Assembly (NCBI GenBank): GCA_943789165.1
Contig: CALSTB010000005.1
Coordinates: 56,398-120,397, forward strand
DNA length: 64,000 bases
Direction of reading: 5' to 3'
Source: an uncultured Bacteroidia bacterium
GTDB taxonomy: Bacteria > Bacteroidota > Bacteroidia > NS11-12g > UBA9320
Under the pieces are notes generated by a model that worked only from the letters and a program-made list of their open reading frames with translations, ran no database searches and was not told where the DNA came from. Both the position numbers and the translations under genes were made by a program. Below are positions 17,733-27,877 of this stretch, in pieces (the first letter of the stretch is position 1; the number at the start of each line of letters is the position of its first letter).

Positions 17733-18148
17733 TATTTTACCACTTCGCCAGTGTAACTAGAGATACCTCCATTCAAGTTGTAGACAGTTTTAAAGCCATT
17801 GTCAATCATAAATTGAGCTGCTTTTCCACTTCGTCCACCGCTTCTGCAATACATGACGTACGTTTTTGATTTGTCGAGTTTCTTTATTTCTTCCTGAAAT
17901 CCATCGGAATAGAAATCAATAAACGTGGTCGCTCCAGTGATGTAACCTTCTGCCACTTCTTCTGGTGTGCGCACATCTACCAAAACTACGTTGTCTTCAG
18001 CTACTTTTGAGGCTAAGTCATTTTGGTTTAAGTCCTGAACAGCAACCGATTGAGTTGATTCTGTGGTTTGGTCAACACTACTTTGTTTGGATGATTGACA
18101 TCCCACAAAACATAAAATACTTAGCGATAAGAATACAAATGCTTTCAT
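17732..18148 (-). CDS. Rhodanese-like domain lipoprotein
   Basis: Lipobox FVGC, DVRTPEE...GYI.GA, active loop YCRSGGRS and NLNGGI. Confidence 0.9.
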   Translation of the reverse strand: MKAFVFLSLSILCFVGCQSSKQSSVDQTTESTQSVAVQDLNQNDLASKVAEDNVVLVDVRTPEEVAEGYITGATTFIDFYSDGFQEEIKKLDKSKTYVMYCRSGGRSGKAAQFMIDNGFKTVYNLNGGISSYTGEVVK

Positions 18149-18252
18149 TTCAATTTTTTATAATTCGAAGTTACATCCAAATTGAATAAGATAGCTATTG
18201 GAAGTTTTGATGAAGATATTGGCAACCCTAATACTTGGGTTATAGCGCCTTA

Positions 18253-19164
18253 TTAAGTCTTGTTTATACCCTCTTCGTACTGACTACGATTCGAAGGGTC
18301 CATCTTACTCAACAATTCAATTACTTTGTTTTTGATAGTTGGAGAGGCTTGGTTAAACACCTGGATAAGTTCTTCCGTTTTAGAGTTGAAGAACAGTTTT
18401 AACAAAAACGCGTTTGGTAAAGCGTCATACACCAACTTTAAATCTTTAACACTTTGGTAGATTTCATTTCTACCAGCTTCAATGTCAGTCGACATGACGT
18501 CTAACCCTTTAATGTGATACCGATACAACGCTGAACGCAAAGGTTTAAAACGTGGATCTAAGATGTTGTCGATTAAAAAATACTTGTTCCGACTCCCGTT
18601 TCCAGCATTTGACTGCCAGCCACCGGCTTGTTGGGTTCCAATATTGGCAACGTCGCGAATGTTAAGCGCTTTTGCGAAATATGGATCACCACCGTTTAAT
18701 TGATAGGTATCAAAGTCCAATCCAATGATGATGTTGGCATAAAACGCCAAAAGGCTAGTTAAGTTAGAAGTGTATGAGTTTTCTTGAAATTCAAGTGACT
18801 GAAATTGTGCATAGGTAAACACCACTGCATTGTCGAGGTAACTGAACACCTTCGTATTATAAGATGAGTTGTATACGGTCCGACTACTTTGAATATTGAT
18901 GTTGGCTTGAATCTGGTCGATTTCAAACTTCGTTACTTCAAAAACGATGTTGCAATTAATTTTTTCATTTGCCGCAACAGTTCCTGTTACCCATTTTCTA
19001 TTGTTCATGAACTGGACAATAGAGTTTTTTAAGTCGTCGAAGATTTGTTTGTTCGTTACTTGTACCTGACTGGTAATGACATCCACAGTGCAATTCAGGT
19101 CTTGAGCAAAGGCCCCAATACCCGAGAAAATAAAGGTCAAAAGGATGAGAAGGGTTTTCTTCAT
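18253..19164 (-). CDS. porD: DUF4835 family protein (T9SS PorD-like)
   Basis: Signal peptide, AQDLNCTV, FMNNRKW, NLTSLLAFYANIIIGLDFDT. Located after coaBC as is usual in Bacteroidota. Confidence 0.75.
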   Translation of the reverse strand: MKKTLLILLTFIFSGIGAFAQDLNCTVDVITSQVQVTNKQIFDDLKNSIVQFMNNRKWVTGTVAANEKINCNIVFEVTKFEIDQIQANINIQSSRTVYNSSYNTKVFSYLDNAVVFTYAQFQSLEFQENSYTSNLTSLLAFYANIIIGLDFDTYQLNGGDPYFAKALNIRDVANIGTQQAGGWQSNAGNGSRNKYFLIDNILDPRFKPLRSALYRYHIKGLDVMSTDIEAGRNEIYQSVKDLKLVYDALPNAFLLKLFFNSKTEELIQVFNQASPTIKNKVIELLSKMDPSNRSQYEEGINKT

Positions 19165-19167
19165 GAA

Positions 19168-20372
19168 TTATTTAATCAGTGTTTTGAGCTTATTTACAAT
19201 GTCAACAGCAACTTGTGTTTTACTCTTCAAGCCAAAAGTACAAATTTCACCTGTCTTGTCAATGGTTGTAATTTTGTTGGTATTGTGTCCAAAGCCTGCT
19301 CCGGCGTCTGATAAAGAATTTAATACAATCAAGTCTAGTTTTTTTCTTTCAAGTTTGCTTTTTGCGTTTTCAAGTTCGTTGTCTGTTTCCAACGCAAACC
19401 CGATCAACACTTGAGATTCAGTCTTTAATTGACCTAATTCAGCAAGTGTATCTGGTGTCTTAACGAGTTCTAAGTCCAACGTATTGGATGTCTTTTTAAT
19501 CTTTGTGTCAGTTTTCGTTTTTGGTGTAAAATCTGCCACTGCAGCAGACAATATTGCTGCGTTGCAAGATGGAAACAGGGCAACACAGGTGTCCCTCATT
19601 TCCTGGGCTGTTTGTACGCGAGTAACTGAAACATGATTGTGAAACTGGAAAGCCGTTGAAGTCGGTCCCAGTACCAAGGCAACGTCCGCACCTCTTTTGG
19701 CTAACTCATTGGCGATTGCAACGCCCATTTTGCCAGTACTTCGATTCCCAATGTACCGAACAGGATCAATGGGCTCATGCGTGGGTCCGGCGTTAACTAA
19801 TATCTTTTTTTTTTGAAGGTCTTTTGTCGCGCTAAAATAATCCTCAATAAAGCTGTGGATAATTTCAGGTTCTGCCATTCTGCCGTTTCCTACCAATCCA
19901 CTGGCCAATTCACCATGGGCAAATGGAATTACTTGAACGCCGTCGTTTTCAAGTTGTGATATATTCCGCAAGAGACTTGGATGTTCGGCCATGTCGAGAT
20001 CCATAGCAGGCGCTATGGCTACTTGGTTTTTGGCTGAGAAATAAGTGGCTAACAATAGGTTGTCGCAGATACCATTTGCCATTTTTAGCAATGGTATTGC
20101 TTGTTGCGGGAGCTATCAAAAACAAATCAGCCCACAGCGCAAGTTCTACGTGGTTCGACCAACTTCCTGATTCAGTATCAAAGAAATCACTGTAAACAGG
20201 GTGTTTTGGACAATGTAGAGAGTGTTAATGGACCAATAAAGGATTTGGCGGTTTCCGTCATAATGACTTTTACCTCAGCCCCAGCCTTTATCAAATTCCG
20301 GACAATATAAGCTACCTTATATGCCGCAATTCCTCCGCAAACACCAATAAGAATGTGCTTCTTATTCAACAT
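19168..20372 (-). CDS. coaBC: Phosphopantothenoylcysteine decarboxylase/synthase (two +1 indels in A-runs near 20205 and 20085)
   Basis: GGIAAYK, then NHVELALWADLFLIAPAT read in an intermediate frame, then APAMD, AGPT.EPIDPVRYIGN.STGKMG, AAVAD and GFALET. Confidence 0.92.
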
Positions 20373-20685
20373 CTTTTGAAGGGTTTCTGAAATACACTTG
20401 GCCGTTCAGAAATTCTTCAGTTGCCATTAACGTTGGCTTCGGTAAAGACTCGTAATATTTAGAGATTTCGATTTGCTCTCTGTTCTCAAATATTTCTTCT
20501 AAGTTGTCTGTGTCTGATGCGAATTCATCCAACTTTGCATTTAACTCCTCCTTTAATTGTGCAGAAAGTTGATTGGCTCTCTTACCAATAATGACAACAG
20601 ATTCATACAAGTTGCCTGTTGGTAGGTCCAATTCTCTTGTGTCTCTTGAAATCGTTGTGTTAGGTGCGTCGATGTGCTTGTTCAT
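20362..20685 (-). CDS. rpoZ: RNA polymerase subunit omega (Bacteroidota type)
   Basis: TGNLYESVVIIGKRANQ, LEEIFENREQIEISKYYE.LPKPT. bamD-rpoZ-coaBC synteny. Confidence 0.88.
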   Translation of the reverse strand: MNKHIDAPNTTISRDTRELDLPTGNLYESVVIIGKRANQLSAQLKEELNAKLDEFASDTDNLEEIFENREQIEISKYYESLPKPTLMATEEFLNGQVYFRNPSKDVE

Positions 20686-20694
20686 ATCTCAAAT

Positions 20695-21501
20695 TTAATT
20701 GGGTGTCGCTTGAAGTTTAACAATTCTCTCTTCACTGTCAGATTGAATTTGCTTCACTTCTTTAACGTATTTATTGTCGGTGTAAATTGTTAAATATTCT
20801 TTTGCTTCTTCTACTGCGGTGCCAAATCTATCCTCTTGAAGCGTCTTAACACTTTGCTTTGCGTACAGGTAGGCCGACTTTACAATATAGAAATCCACTA
20901 ATTCTTTGTTAGGGATGTCTGGAAAATCAATGGTTGCGTTTTTAAACGAAGTATAAGCCGATAGGTATGATTCCATATTGTAATACAGCATGGCCGTATT
21001 AAAGGCTTTTTCATGAAGTCTTGCACGCAATTCGTCAATCAACTTGTTGCCCGTTTCTACAGAACTACTTTTAGGATATCGATTGATAAACAATTGTATC
21101 GCCTCTATCGCTTTTTTCGTATTGGTTTGGTCAAGTTCAGCAACCAAGGTTTTTTCAAACTCACAGCGGGCAATCATAAATGCCGCTTGCTCGTGGTATT
21201 TACTTTGCGGATATCGTTCAGCAAAGTTTTGAAAATGATACCCTGCTAGCGCATAGTCATTCATGCCGAAATGTGTGTAGGAGTAAAGGAAATACACCTC
21301 TTCTGCATCACCTCCTCGACTAAACTTTCCAATGAGTTGCTCCAACATGATTTGCGCTCTCGCATAATCACCTTTGTTGTAATACTTTCTGGCAGTTTCT
21401 AACTTCTGCTCAAGCGTACCTTTTTTTAACACCTTCTGGTATTCGCAACCAGTGGTTAAACTAAAGCATAAAAGTGTGAATATGATTAGGCGTGCGCTCA
21501 T
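20695..21501 (-). CDS. bamD: Outer membrane protein assembly factor BamD
   Basis: Lipoprotein Cys (TGCEYQKVLK), TPR helices, LDQTNTKKAIEAIQLFINRYP.S. A TATCTTTG promoter on the minus strand at 21514-21521 favours the 21501 start. Confidence 0.9.
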   Translation of the reverse strand: MSARLIIFTLLCFSLTTGCEYQKVLKKGTLEQKLETARKYYNKGDYARAQIMLEQLIGKFSRGGDAEEVYFLYSYTHFGMNDYALAGYHFQNFAERYPQSKYHEQAAFMIARCEFEKTLVAELDQTNTKKAIEAIQLFINRYPKSSSVETGNKLIDELRARLHEKAFNTAMLYYNMESYLSAYTSFKNATIDFPDIPNKELVDFYIVKSAYLYAKQSVKTLQEDRFGTAVEEAKEYLTIYTDNKYVKEVKQIQSDSEERIVKLQATPN

Positions 21502-21726
21502 TTTAAAAGTCTGCAAAGATAAATTTTAATTCAGGTAATACAATACTTTAAACGGTATTAGAAGCCATTTGTTACACGCTAATATTCACAGCCTTAACAT
21601 ATCTTAGAAAAAACTGATTTATTATAGTTACGTCTGGTCTTGTGACGCGCTGATAGACTCTATTTTCGGCGGATTATTTATGCGTAAACTATGCAACGAC
21701 TTTAGTGACAATTTCACCCCTTTTCG

Positions 21727-21734
21727 TACTTTTG
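21727..21734 (+). promoter_or_regulatory. Promoter -7 element
   Basis: TACTTTTG upstream of ATG 21757. Confidence 0.6.
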
Positions 21735-21756
21735 CGCAAATATTTACTGATAATAA

Positions 21757-23007
21757 ATGGATCTATTCGAAAAATTGACATCAAACATGGGACCGTTGGC
21801 ACTCCATGCAGATGCAGCTAAGGGGTATTACACGTTTCCAAAACTAGAAGGTGAAATTTCTCCAAGAATGATGTTTAATGGTAAGGAGCGCTTAACCTGG
21901 AGTTTGAACAACTACCTAGGATTGGCGAACCATCCAGAAGTGCGTAAAGCAGACGCGGATGCAGCTGCAGCATACGGTTTAGCTTACCCAATGGGTGCTA
22001 GAATGATGTCGGGAAACAGCTCGAATCATGAACTTTTGGAAGAAGAACTGAGCAAATTTGTTCAGAAAGAAGATACCATGCTTTTGAACTTCGGTTACCA
22101 AGGTGTGTTGTCGATTATTGATGCAATTGTAGACCGTCACGACGTAATTGTGTACGATGCCGAATCACACGCTTGTATTATTGACGGTGTTCGTTTACAT
22201 CAAGGAAAAAGATTCGTTTACGCGCATAATGATCTTGAAAACTTAGAAAAACAACTTGGAAGAGCTACCAAGCTTGCTGAAAAAACAGGTGGTGCAATTC
22301 TATTGATTACTGAAGGTGTTTTCGGAATGTCTGGAAACCAAGGAGATCTTAAAGGAATTGTAGCACTGAAGAAAAAATACAATTTTAGAATTTTTGTTGA
22401 CGACGCTCACGGATTCGGTACTCTTGGTAAAACGGGTGCTGGTGCTGGTGAAGAGCAAGGCGTACAAGACGAAATCGATTTGTACTTCTCGACTTTTGCT
22501 AAATCTATGGCGAGCATCGGGGCATTTGTAAGTGGCGACAAAAAAATCATCGATTATTTACGATACAATACGCGTTCTCAAATCTTCGCTAAATCACTGC
22601 CAATGCCGTTGGTGATTGGTGCGTTAAAGCGACTTGAGTTGTTAAGAACCAAGCCAGAAATTAAAGACAATTTATGGAAGGTCGTTGACGCTTTACAAGG
22701 TGGTTTGCGTAAAGAAGGGTTTAATATTGGTACGACAAAGTCGTGCGTAACGCCAGTAATTTTAAACGGAACTGTCGAAGAAGCATTGCACTTGATTCAC
22801 GATTTACGTGAGAACTATATGATTTTCTGTTCAATCGTTGTGTATCCTGTGGTACCAAAAGGCATCATCATGCTGCGATTGATCCCAACTGCCGCACATT
22901 CATTGGCGGACGTAGAAGAAACCATCATTGCGTTTGGAGCAATCAAAGAAAAACTAGCAAACGGAGAATATCAAAAACACGAAGTGGCAGACTTGTCGCT
23001 CGGATAA
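21757..23007 (+). CDS. PLP-dependent alpha-oxoamine synthase family (AONS/SPT/KBL-like); substrate not determinable
   Basis: NNYLGLA, SHACIIDG, HND, EGVFGMSG, DDAHGFG and PLP-lysine TFAKS. Confidence 0.88.
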   Translation: MDLFEKLTSNMGPLALHADAAKGYYTFPKLEGEISPRMMFNGKERLTWSLNNYLGLANHPEVRKADADAAAAYGLAYPMGARMMSGNSSNHELLEEELSKFVQKEDTMLLNFGYQGVLSIIDAIVDRHDVIVYDAESHACIIDGVRLHQGKRFVYAHNDLENLEKQLGRATKLAEKTGGAILLITEGVFGMSGNQGDLKGIVALKKKYNFRIFVDDAHGFGTLGKTGAGAGEEQGVQDEIDLYFSTFAKSMASIGAFVSGDKKIIDYLRYNTRSQIFAKSLPMPLVIGALKRLELLRTKPEIKDNLWKVVDALQGGLRKEGFNIGTTKSCVTPVILNGTVEEALHLIHDLRENYMIFCSIVVYPVVPKGIIMLRLIPTAAHSLADVEETIIAFGAIKEKLANGEYQKHEVADLSLG

Positions 23008-23028
23008 TCGTTTGAAACACATAGAGAT

Positions 23029-23062
23029 TAGGCCTTGAACAATTTGTTCAGGGCCTTTTTTT
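23029..23062 (+). terminator. Rho-independent terminator
   Basis: AGGCCTTGAACA-ATT-TGTTCAGGGCCT followed by a T-run. Confidence 0.85.
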
Positions 23063-23071
23063 TGCATCAAA

Positions 23072-23926
23072 TTGAAAGATTGGTTTCTGTATACACTTAG
23101 AGAGCAAAAAGGCGTTGCGTTTTTAGTCCTCCTACTGTTCCTTTCGTTGGTCGCGAGGTTCTGGCCACTCCCAGAAATAGATCGCCACATTGAACTTGTG
23201 TATGCCGATGCAGATTCAATTAGTGAAATGCCTCCCTCATCCAAATTCTCCAATCAACGAAGAGAAATGCAACCACATACATGGACACTTCACAACTTTG
23301 ATATCAATTATGCCAAAGCAAAAGAACTAAGGCAAATGGGGTTTTCAAACGACTTTATCTCGCAATGGTTTTCGGTAAAACAGGAGGTTGGCTTTGTCAC
23401 GTCATGGGAGGAATTTGAAAAATTAGGATTGCTTTCTTATTCTGATGTTAAGAAGGTTAAACCGTATTTTGATTTTACTCGTTATGCTAAACGCGACACA
23501 CAGTTTACACCTCGAGAACAAAAAGTGATCCCAATGGTATTGCTCAATTCAGCCGATACTGGTGACCTCAAACAACTCCCTGGCATTGGTACGGCTTATT
23601 CCAAGCGCATAGTTTCGTATCGCGACAAGCTTGGTGGTTTTTACCACATCGACCAACTGTTGGAAGTGTATGGAGTGGACAGTCAACTGCTGGCTAAGAT
23701 TGTGCCTTACCTGAAAATAGATGCGGTTTATCACAAATTAGATATGAATACAGCCTCTAAGGAAGACTTGCGTTTGCATCCATACATCAACTACAAACAA
23801 GCCAACGCCATTGTGGCGTATCGCGCGCAGCACGGGAGTTTTAATCGGTTGGAAGAGTTGCTGCAGGTATACGTATTAGACCAAGAATGGCTAACGAAAG
23901 TGCAACCGTATTTGTTCGTGAATTAA
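23072..23926 (+). CDS. Helix-hairpin-helix (ComEA-like) DNA-binding protein
   Basis: N-terminal TM segment and three HhH units (LNSADT..L.QLPGIG...SKRIV.YR..LGGF). Confidence 0.85.
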   Translation: MKDWFLYTLREQKGVAFLVLLLFLSLVARFWPLPEIDRHIELVYADADSISEMPPSSKFSNQRREMQPHTWTLHNFDINYAKAKELRQMGFSNDFISQWFSVKQEVGFVTSWEEFEKLGLLSYSDVKKVKPYFDFTRYAKRDTQFTPREQKVIPMVLLNSADTGDLKQLPGIGTAYSKRIVSYRDKLGGFYHIDQLLEVYGVDSQLLAKIVPYLKIDAVYHKLDMNTASKEDLRLHPYINYKQANAIVAYRAQHGSFNRLEELLQVYVLDQEWLTKVQPYLFVN

Positions 23927-24966
23927 GGTTTGTAACCCGACTCACGCAAGATCTTGTCATGGTCAATATCTGCTAACAATTGAGCCAAACTTACATCAGG
24001 ATGTTTGTCCATATACAACCGAATGATCTGCCATCCAGCCCACACAGCAATCTTGGCTGGAGCTTCTTGAGGTACATTCACACCTTTCGAAAACGGTGCT
24101 TCTACTAATACGCCAGAGTATGCTCTTATGTCAGTATTATAAAGCAATTCCTGATCGATTAAATGTGTCCAAATCTGAGGTTCGTTATTTTTACACCACT
24201 CGATTTTTCCTTTGTCGTACCCAATTTTTAAGGAATCTGCAGTCTCAGGTAAAAGGCAATCCATGGCATACAATACCTTGCCCTGGTAAATCATTGCATC
24301 GAGCAAACGCTGACCTTTCGATTCGTCAGGGAATTCGGTTTCAATCCAACCTCTAATAGCATTTGGTACCATGAATTCTTTACGGAAACGCTTGATAATG
24401 AAATTGGGAAATTGCAAATCTGGCGTTTGATAAGGTGTGAATTGTTCTCCCAAATACATATCCAAACAGATTCCTAGTGCATGCTGACTGGAGATTACTT
24501 GACTTCTGAAGGGCGTTACAACAGTGTATACCTTAGGTATTAATTTCTCGGGGAAGTAATAATGGTAATAAGAAAATGCCTCGCTTAACTCTGTATTTAA
24601 AAAGTCCAAATCAGGATAAATGGAATCAACCGTTTTGTACAGATGAATCATATCTGGAAACGTGACAAATTTGATAAGTCCTTCAGCACTTTCGTCGGCC
24701 GAGACAAAACCATCACGGGTTTCTGTACCCATAATGCCTCTTTTGAAATCGAGAATAAAAACGGAATCTAGTTTGTCAAGATTTTGATAATCTTCAGTGT
24801 TTCGAATGGCGAAAATGTCGTCTTCGAGTCGTTCGACTTTAATTTCGACTTCAGATCCGCTTATATCCACCTTGAATTTGTTTGAATCTTTACAGCCGTA
24901 AAAGCCTAAAACGATTATTAGAAATGAGCACTGGATTAACGGGATTATTCTCGTTTTTTTTACCAT
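23923..24966 (-). CDS. gldB: Gliding motility lipoprotein GldB-like
   Basis: Lipobox FYGC, LDMYLG, LLDAMIYQGK.LY, WC..NE..IW and P.KIAVWAGWQII..YM. Near nadE. Confidence 0.8.
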   Translation of the reverse strand: MVKKTRIIPLIQCSFLIIVLGFYGCKDSNKFKVDISGSEVEIKVERLEDDIFAIRNTEDYQNLDKLDSVFILDFKRGIMGTETRDGFVSADESAEGLIKFVTFPDMIHLYKTVDSIYPDLDFLNTELSEAFSYYHYYFPEKLIPKVYTVVTPFRSQVISSQHALGICLDMYLGEQFTPYQTPDLQFPNFIIKRFRKEFMVPNAIRGWIETEFPDESKGQRLLDAMIYQGKVLYAMDCLLPETADSLKIGYDKGKIEWCKNNEPQIWTHLIDQELLYNTDIRAYSGVLVEAPFSKGVNVPQEAPAKIAVWAGWQIIRLYMDKHPDVSLAQLLADIDHDKILRESGYKP

Positions 24967-24995
24967 TTTTGTCGTAACATTATAATTGCAAAAGT

Positions 24996-25727
24996 ATGAA
25001 CTTGAAATCAATAGCCACCACAGCATTAGCGGTATTGTTATTTGGTATTTCTTATAACGCTAACGCACAAGATCAGCGTTTTCGCATAGGAATGAAATTT
25101 TCTGGAAACTTGTCATGGATTTCACCTGTGACTAAAAATATTGATAAAGTAGGCACCTCTGGAGGTTACAGCTATGGTATTATGGGAGATTATAATTTTC
25201 AAAAATATTATGCATTGAGTGCAGAACTTCTGTTAACAGACATATCAGGTAGCATTGTACATACAGATTTATTGAAACATACCGATACGGCGAATGGAAC
25301 GACCAGTCACAGTAACGTGCAATACGATTACAGAACAACTTATGTTCAACTACCTATTTCCTTCAAATATAAAACAAAAGAATTTGGGTATTGGACGTAC
25401 TGGGCACAATTTGGTACGGCACCGTCATTTTTGACGAGCGCACGTGCAGACATAACAGGGAATACAGTTCCATTCGAAGACCCAACCGAAATCCGTGTAA
25501 ACAAATCGGCGAATGACGATTACCACTATGACAATTTTGACGATAAAGTATTCTTATTAAGAATGCCTTTAATTATTGGGGCTGGTGTAGAGTATTCGTT
25601 GGCTGGAAATACATCTTTATACGCAGGTCTTAGAATGGATAACGACTTTATCGACATGTTCACAGCAGATAAATCGACCATCGGTAAAAACAAATTTGCA
25701 AGCTTAAACATTGGTATCTTCTTTTAA
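24996..25727 (+). CDS. Outer-membrane beta-barrel (porin family) protein
   Basis: Signal peptide, YVQLPISFKYKT, GAGVEYSL and terminal GIFF. Confidence 0.8.
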   Translation: MNLKSIATTALAVLLFGISYNANAQDQRFRIGMKFSGNLSWISPVTKNIDKVGTSGGYSYGIMGDYNFQKYYALSAELLLTDISGSIVHTDLLKHTDTANGTTSHSNVQYDYRTTYVQLPISFKYKTKEFGYWTYWAQFGTAPSFLTSARADITGNTVPFEDPTEIRVNKSANDDYHYDNFDDKVFLLRMPLIIGAGVEYSLAGNTSLYAGLRMDNDFIDMFTADKSTIGKNKFASLNIGIFF

Positions 25728-25744
25728 TCAGATACCAATCCACG

Positions 25745-27382
25745 ATGAAAATTGTCTTATCTCAACTTAATTACACCATTGGCGACCTCAGTGGTAACAT
25801 TCAAAAAATGGCCAATCATATCGAAAAGGCCAAGGCAGATGGTGCCGATTTAGTTGTCTTTTCTGAGTTAAGTTTATGCGGTTATATTCCTAAAGACAAA
25901 CTCAATTACGAAAGCTTTATTCAGCGGTGTTACAACGCACTAACCGAGCTGGCTTCACACACTAAAGGCATTGCCATTGTGGTTGGGATGCCAACACGAA
26001 GCAACCTTTCCAAAGGTAAGAAGCTGTATAACTCAGCCGTGTTTGTGGCAAATGGTGTCATCGAGTCCGAAATTCACAAAACGCTTTTACCAACATACGA
26101 TGTTTTTGACGAGTATCGCTATTTTGAACCAAATACCAACTTCGAGTTGGTCACCTATAAAGGCATCAAAATAGCCATCACAATCTGTGAAGACTTATGG
26201 AATTTGGATGATCCCAAATTGTACCCAACAACTCCAATGGATGAGTTGAAAAAATTGAATCCAGATTTAATGGTGAACATTTCTGGTTCTCCTTACAGCT
26301 ACAACCACGTCGAAGAACGGAAGAATCGGATGGTTGATAATGCAAAGAATTATAAGCTCCCGCTCGTGTATGTGAATCAAATTGGAGCGCATACAGATAT
26401 CTTGTTTGATGGTGGGTCAATGTTCATCAACCAAACAGGCGAAATAGCAGAAGAATTAAAGTATTTCGAAGAAGACTATCGTTGTATTGATTGGTCGAAA
26501 GACGCTGTGTACAAAGACAATAGTCTGGATTACAAAGACGAAGACATTGAATTAATTCATGATGCCCTTGTGATGGGCATTAAAGATTACTTCGGGAAAA
26601 TGGGCTTCAAAAAGGCGATGTTGGGATCCTCCGGAGGAATTGACTCAGCTGTAATAAATGCCTTGGCTGTTGAGGCCCTAGGTGCAGAAAATGTACTGGC
26701 AGTTTTATTGCCATCGAAATATTCGTCAGAAGGTTCGGTTGTGGATGCAGAAGCGCTGGCAAAAAACTTGGGTTGTCCGTATAAAACCATTTCCATAGAA
26801 GACATGGTTAGTTCTGTTGAACAGACCCTAGAACCCCATTTTGAGGGATATGCGCCAGACGTAACCGAAGAAAACATTCAAGCAAGAAGCCGAGGATTAC
26901 TCTTAATGGCACTGAGTAATAAATTCGGAAGCATGGTGCTCAATACAAGCAATAAAAGCGAAACTGCCGTTGGATACGCGACGCTTTATGGCGATATGTG
27001 TGGTGGACTATCAGCCATTGGTGACTTGTATAAAATGCAGGTATACGAAATGGCAAGGTACATCAATCGAAATGGTGAAATCATTCCTGAAGCAATCATA
27101 AACAAAGCACCTTCAGCGGAACTGCGTTTCGACCAAAAAGACAGTGACTCATTACCACCTTACGAACTGCTTGATAAGATTCTAAGCTTGTATATCGAGC
27201 AACAAAAAGGATGGGAAGAGATTGTCGGAGAAGGTTATGATGAACACACCGTACGACGTGTAATCAAGCTTGTCGACCGCAATGAATACAAACGTTTTCA
27301 GGCGGCACCAATACTCCGCATTTCGAATCTAGCCTTTGGTATTGGCAGACAAATGCCGTTGGTGGCGAAGTATTACAACTAA
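25745..27382 (+). CDS. nadE: Glutamine-dependent NAD+ synthetase
   Basis: Nitrilase domain (FSEL, K..LP.YDVFDEYRYF, ICEDLW) plus synthetase domain (SGGIDS, NKSE.AVGY.TLYGD, PSAEL). Confidence 0.96.
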   Translation: MKIVLSQLNYTIGDLSGNIQKMANHIEKAKADGADLVVFSELSLCGYIPKDKLNYESFIQRCYNALTELASHTKGIAIVVGMPTRSNLSKGKKLYNSAVFVANGVIESEIHKTLLPTYDVFDEYRYFEPNTNFELVTYKGIKIAITICEDLWNLDDPKLYPTTPMDELKKLNPDLMVNISGSPYSYNHVEERKNRMVDNAKNYKLPLVYVNQIGAHTDILFDGGSMFINQTGEIAEELKYFEEDYRCIDWSKDAVYKDNSLDYKDEDIELIHDALVMGIKDYFGKMGFKKAMLGSSGGIDSAVINALAVEALGAENVLAVLLPSKYSSEGSVVDAEALAKNLGCPYKTISIEDMVSSVEQTLEPHFEGYAPDVTEENIQARSRGLLLMALSNKFGSMVLNTSNKSETAVGYATLYGDMCGGLSAIGDLYKMQVYEMARYINRNGEIIPEAIINKAPSAELRFDQKDSDSLPPYELLDKILSLYIEQQKGWEEIVGEGYDEHTVRRVIKLVDRNEYKRFQAAPILRISNLAFGIGRQMPLVAKYYN

Positions 27383-27444
27383 GTTGTTCAATAGATGATT
27401 GCATCTCAACGTTAGGTGGATTCAATATTCAAATGGATAAAGGA

Positions 27445-27873
27445 TAATTGATATTTGATAATCCAATTGATGTCTGATATGAAACTTGATGGACCTGTTC
27501 AAATAAAAAGCCTAGAGTATGCTATCGATATTGTCATATTGTATAAAGACTTGGACTTAAAAAGGGAGTGGATAATGTCTAAACAATTACTGAGGTCTGG
27601 TACTGCTATCGGGGCATTGGTGGTAGAATCTGAGCATGCAGAGAGTAAAAAGGATTTTGTGCACAAGCTTTCAATTGCGCTAAAAGAAGCAAATGAAACC
27701 AGTTATTGGTTAATGTTGTTGTATAAGACAGACTATTTGGCAAAGCGCGATTTCTCAAAGCATAACAATAAGGTGGACGAACTGAAGCGATTGCTTATTT
27801 CGAGTATAAAAACGACTAAGGAGCGGTATCTTAAATAAGGAATTGTCAATTATCATTTATCAAATATCAATTA
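27445..27873. repeat. Perfect 17-bp inverted repeat bracketing the four-helix-bundle gene
   Basis: TAATTGATATTTGATAA (27445-27461) and TTATCAAATATCAATTA (27857-27873), each embedded in 7-bp-periodic sequence. Confidence 0.9.
27470..27838 (+). CDS. Four helix bundle protein (23S rRNA IVP / Avd-like family)
   Basis: KSLEYAIDIV.LY, SKQLLRSGTAIGA.V.E, AESKKDFVHKLSIALKEANET.YWL.LL. Start ATG at 27470 or 27479. Confidence 0.92.
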   Translation: MSDMKLDGPVQIKSLEYAIDIVILYKDLDLKREWIMSKQLLRSGTAIGALVVESEHAESKKDFVHKLSIALKEANETSYWLMLLYKTDYLAKRDFSKHNNKVDELKRLLISSIKTTKERYLK

Positions 27874-27877
27874 GAAA

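Noticed and set aside
19168..20372. Programmed frameshifting or true pseudogenisation of coaBC
   Set aside because: There are two separate +1 A-run insertions in a normally essential gene, in a window with many similar indels. Sequencing error is simpler.
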